Part shown: piece by piece, positions 61,691 to 64,000 of the stretch
Layout: each line of letters starts with the position of its first letter
Numbering within the stretch: the first letter of the stretch is position 1
Source: Antedon mediterranea
Taxonomy: Eukaryota; Animalia; Echinodermata
Length of the DNA: 64,000 nt
Direction of reading: 5' to 3'
NCBI RefSeq assembly: GCF_964355755.1
Contig: NC_092675.1
Location: forward strand, 15,224,912-15,288,911
Translations under genes and position numbers: made by a program
Notes under the pieces: generated by a model
What the model saw: the letters and a program-made list of their open reading frames with translations, nothing else
Told to the model about the DNA's origin: nothing
The model's database searches: none

Positions 61691-63658
61691 GTAAAAGACA
61701 AATTTCATTAAAGCATGTACATTCTGATTATGCAGACAATTTACATCCAACTTTAGTTCTGGTCACAAGATATGCAAGTTCCATGCTGTCCTCTTTGTTT
61801 TTTAATATGTTATTTAGTTTTAGTTAAAGCATGATGGCCGTAATTAGTGGAGAAGTGGCAGTGTGTTTCATGCGATGTGAATCTAAGTACTATAATGCAA
61901 TTTTCTGTCAGCTGCCCCTTCTGTAACGACTGAATGTTCAATACTTTATATTTATTACTATTTTATTTATATAGACAAAAAAAAACATTTACTTTTTTTT
62001 GCATGCTAGCTAAAGATGTTTTAAAATATCTCTATGCATACCTGCCAACATTTAAGAAATCAAAATTCTTAGATTAGATTGAATAGAAACATATACCTTT
62101 AGATTAATTTGAGACGTATTTAAAGTTTGTTACAGAGTTATATGACATACTGTACTGTAGGCCAAAGGTAAAACATGCTTACTTAAATTAAAAATTACTA
62201 GGACGATACAATAAAACCGAGATTATAACAAAAAATATAGAAAAATATGCTATAATAATAATATTAGTAATTATTAGTTTAATTCTTATTAGGTGATCAT
62301 TATTTTTGGTGATGGTATTTATTCAATGTGATATAATACAATTTTGTCATTATATACACAGCCGCTGTGCATATAGCCACAAACATAGCAGTACGTTTAC
62401 ACTTCTGACATAAATCCAGGTGATATCCTGTGTACCTCTATATAAAATAGAAAAGCTATTTGTTGAACTATTCAACATTTCTAACAAAACTTAAATTACA
62501 ATGTAAAATGGGCGGTCTACAATATCAATCGACATCGGTTAGATTTAGAGACATGCGCATTCCTAATGCGCACGCGCATGGTTTGGTCGCATGACAAATT
62601 TAGATTACTAGATCATCTAGGTCGTGCCCACAGAATACACAGTAATTTATTTATGTAGTCAACCAAAATTAGCACCCTGAGAATTACTTCCAAAGAGAAA
62701 CTTGTCACAACATTTTTTATTTGGACTCATTTTCACAAACCCAATTTGTGTTTCATGTAACATTAGGGTTGACAGATGGGGAAGAGGATAGATACAAAGA
62801 GGAAAAATGTTTGAATATATTCTTATCCACTCAGTAAAATATTCTTTTAATGTTTTATAGGCCTATAAATAATATACCACTAAATACAGTAAAACAGTGG
62901 CAATTTAATACTTTGTTAATTAAAACTCTCACTGTGAGTCATAGTCAATTGAAATAGTAAAATACTTGTAACGATACACCACTACAATGTTTATATCTAT
63001 ATATAAATTATGGTTAATTCTGACATAGGCGAGCACAATGCAAAAACTTCGGTACAAATCTCCGCCTTGGATACCTACCTTATCTCAGATGTACCGCGAA
63101 ACGTAGATTTGATAACATTAGTGTTCAGTTCGACGCTATTGTTCCATTTCCTATCTTAGGAAGATATTATAAAGAGTTTTTTAACAAAATTTATGATTCC
63201 AACAGTAGATTTTCAACTCAATTTCAATTCTTCGCAGTCTAAGTAATTTCCGGGTTTACAATAAGTTCACCTTGCAACAACCTGGTTTCAACTATTTTCT
63301 CTCTTTTATACACAAGGGAGCAGTTAAAATAATAGATTTGACCCTAAAGGTGACTGGAAACAGGCACTTTCCATCAATCAATACAGTGTCCCTTTGGAAG
63401 ATGAAAAAAAAATCAGATAGTAGGACTGGAGCTTAAGTTGGCCATTAGTCATAGCCATTTCAGTTTTTTGTTTATTTTAAAACATACCGCTTGTGTGTGA
63501 AGGTACAGTTAAAAAATAGAAATTATACTGCAAATTAATAAAGATCAAATTTAATATACGCCATAAAGAATCGGAATATATTGTGGGGAATAGTATTATA
63601 AAATTACATAGGGAGCTTTGATAAGACATTTTGTTTAAAATCGAGTGAAATCCTAATA

Positions 63659-64000
63659 CCGTACTGACGCGGGTATAAGCCCACCCCCCTTGAACATGAA
63701 ATCACGTCAAGTTTGGGGGGTGGGCTTATACCCGAGGATCCAAAAATGCAGATCGTCAAAAACAGCACATGTAATACACTGTGTATTCCACCATGTGAGC
63801 GAGCGCCCTCACATGTAAGACGTTGGCTCTAAATACACGAGGTGTAGAGTGTCGGAAAATTAAGCTTATAGTTCGTGTAATTTATCGTAGAATATCTTAT
63901 TTTAAACATCAATTGAACAAGAATTTATCAAGCAGAAAAGCAAGTATACAATGTTCGTTAAATAGAAATGTACCAAAGAAATTTAATAAGCTTGTTTATG
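63659..64000 (+). mobile_element. Left end of a pogo/Tigger-like element running out of the window
   Basis: TA plus ccgtactgacgcgggtataagcccacccc, with the internal inverted motif ggggtgggcttatacccg. Confidence 0.5.

Noticed and set aside
61529-61711. 60-aa ORF as a stand-alone gene
   Set aside because: It is the internal part of MAN2B1 exon 4 (61497-61690) read past the splice donor.
61691-64000. MAN2B1 exon 5 (expected MGFDG.FFGR.DYQD)
   Set aside because: No such coding sequence was found; it presumably lies beyond the window.

Overview
Eukaryotic, AT-rich DNA, probably from a marine invertebrate (an echinoderm origin is an inference from the TE families and the frequent TAGGCCTA tracts). 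There is no prokaryotic content and no CRISPR array. Most of the window is the 5' part of one + strand gene, a lysosomal alpha-mannosidase (GH38, MAN2B1-like). Its four coding exons (5856-5948, 39256-39364, 41105-41278, 61497-61690) splice in frame to 190 codons. The 33.3-kb and 20.2-kb introns are filled with nested transposable elements: a near-full-length CR1, several decayed LINEs, a complete but decayed Gypsy element, a solo LTR, Kolobok, hAT, pogo-like, MULE-like and Academ-like DNA elements, a Helitron, Penelope remnants and minisatellites. The most striking structure is a family of Helentron-type non-autonomous elements that share a 3' hairpin but carry copy-specific subterminal inverted repeats; three of them are nested inside one another at 30201-35069. 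Other highlights are a decayed 2A-like (StopGo) leader on a LINE, an inverted pair of Academ 3' ends, a perfect palindrome with 38-bp arms, and a TIR element carrying 71-bp and 164-bp tandem arrays. All calls were made by eye, and superfamily labels are motif-based inferences.
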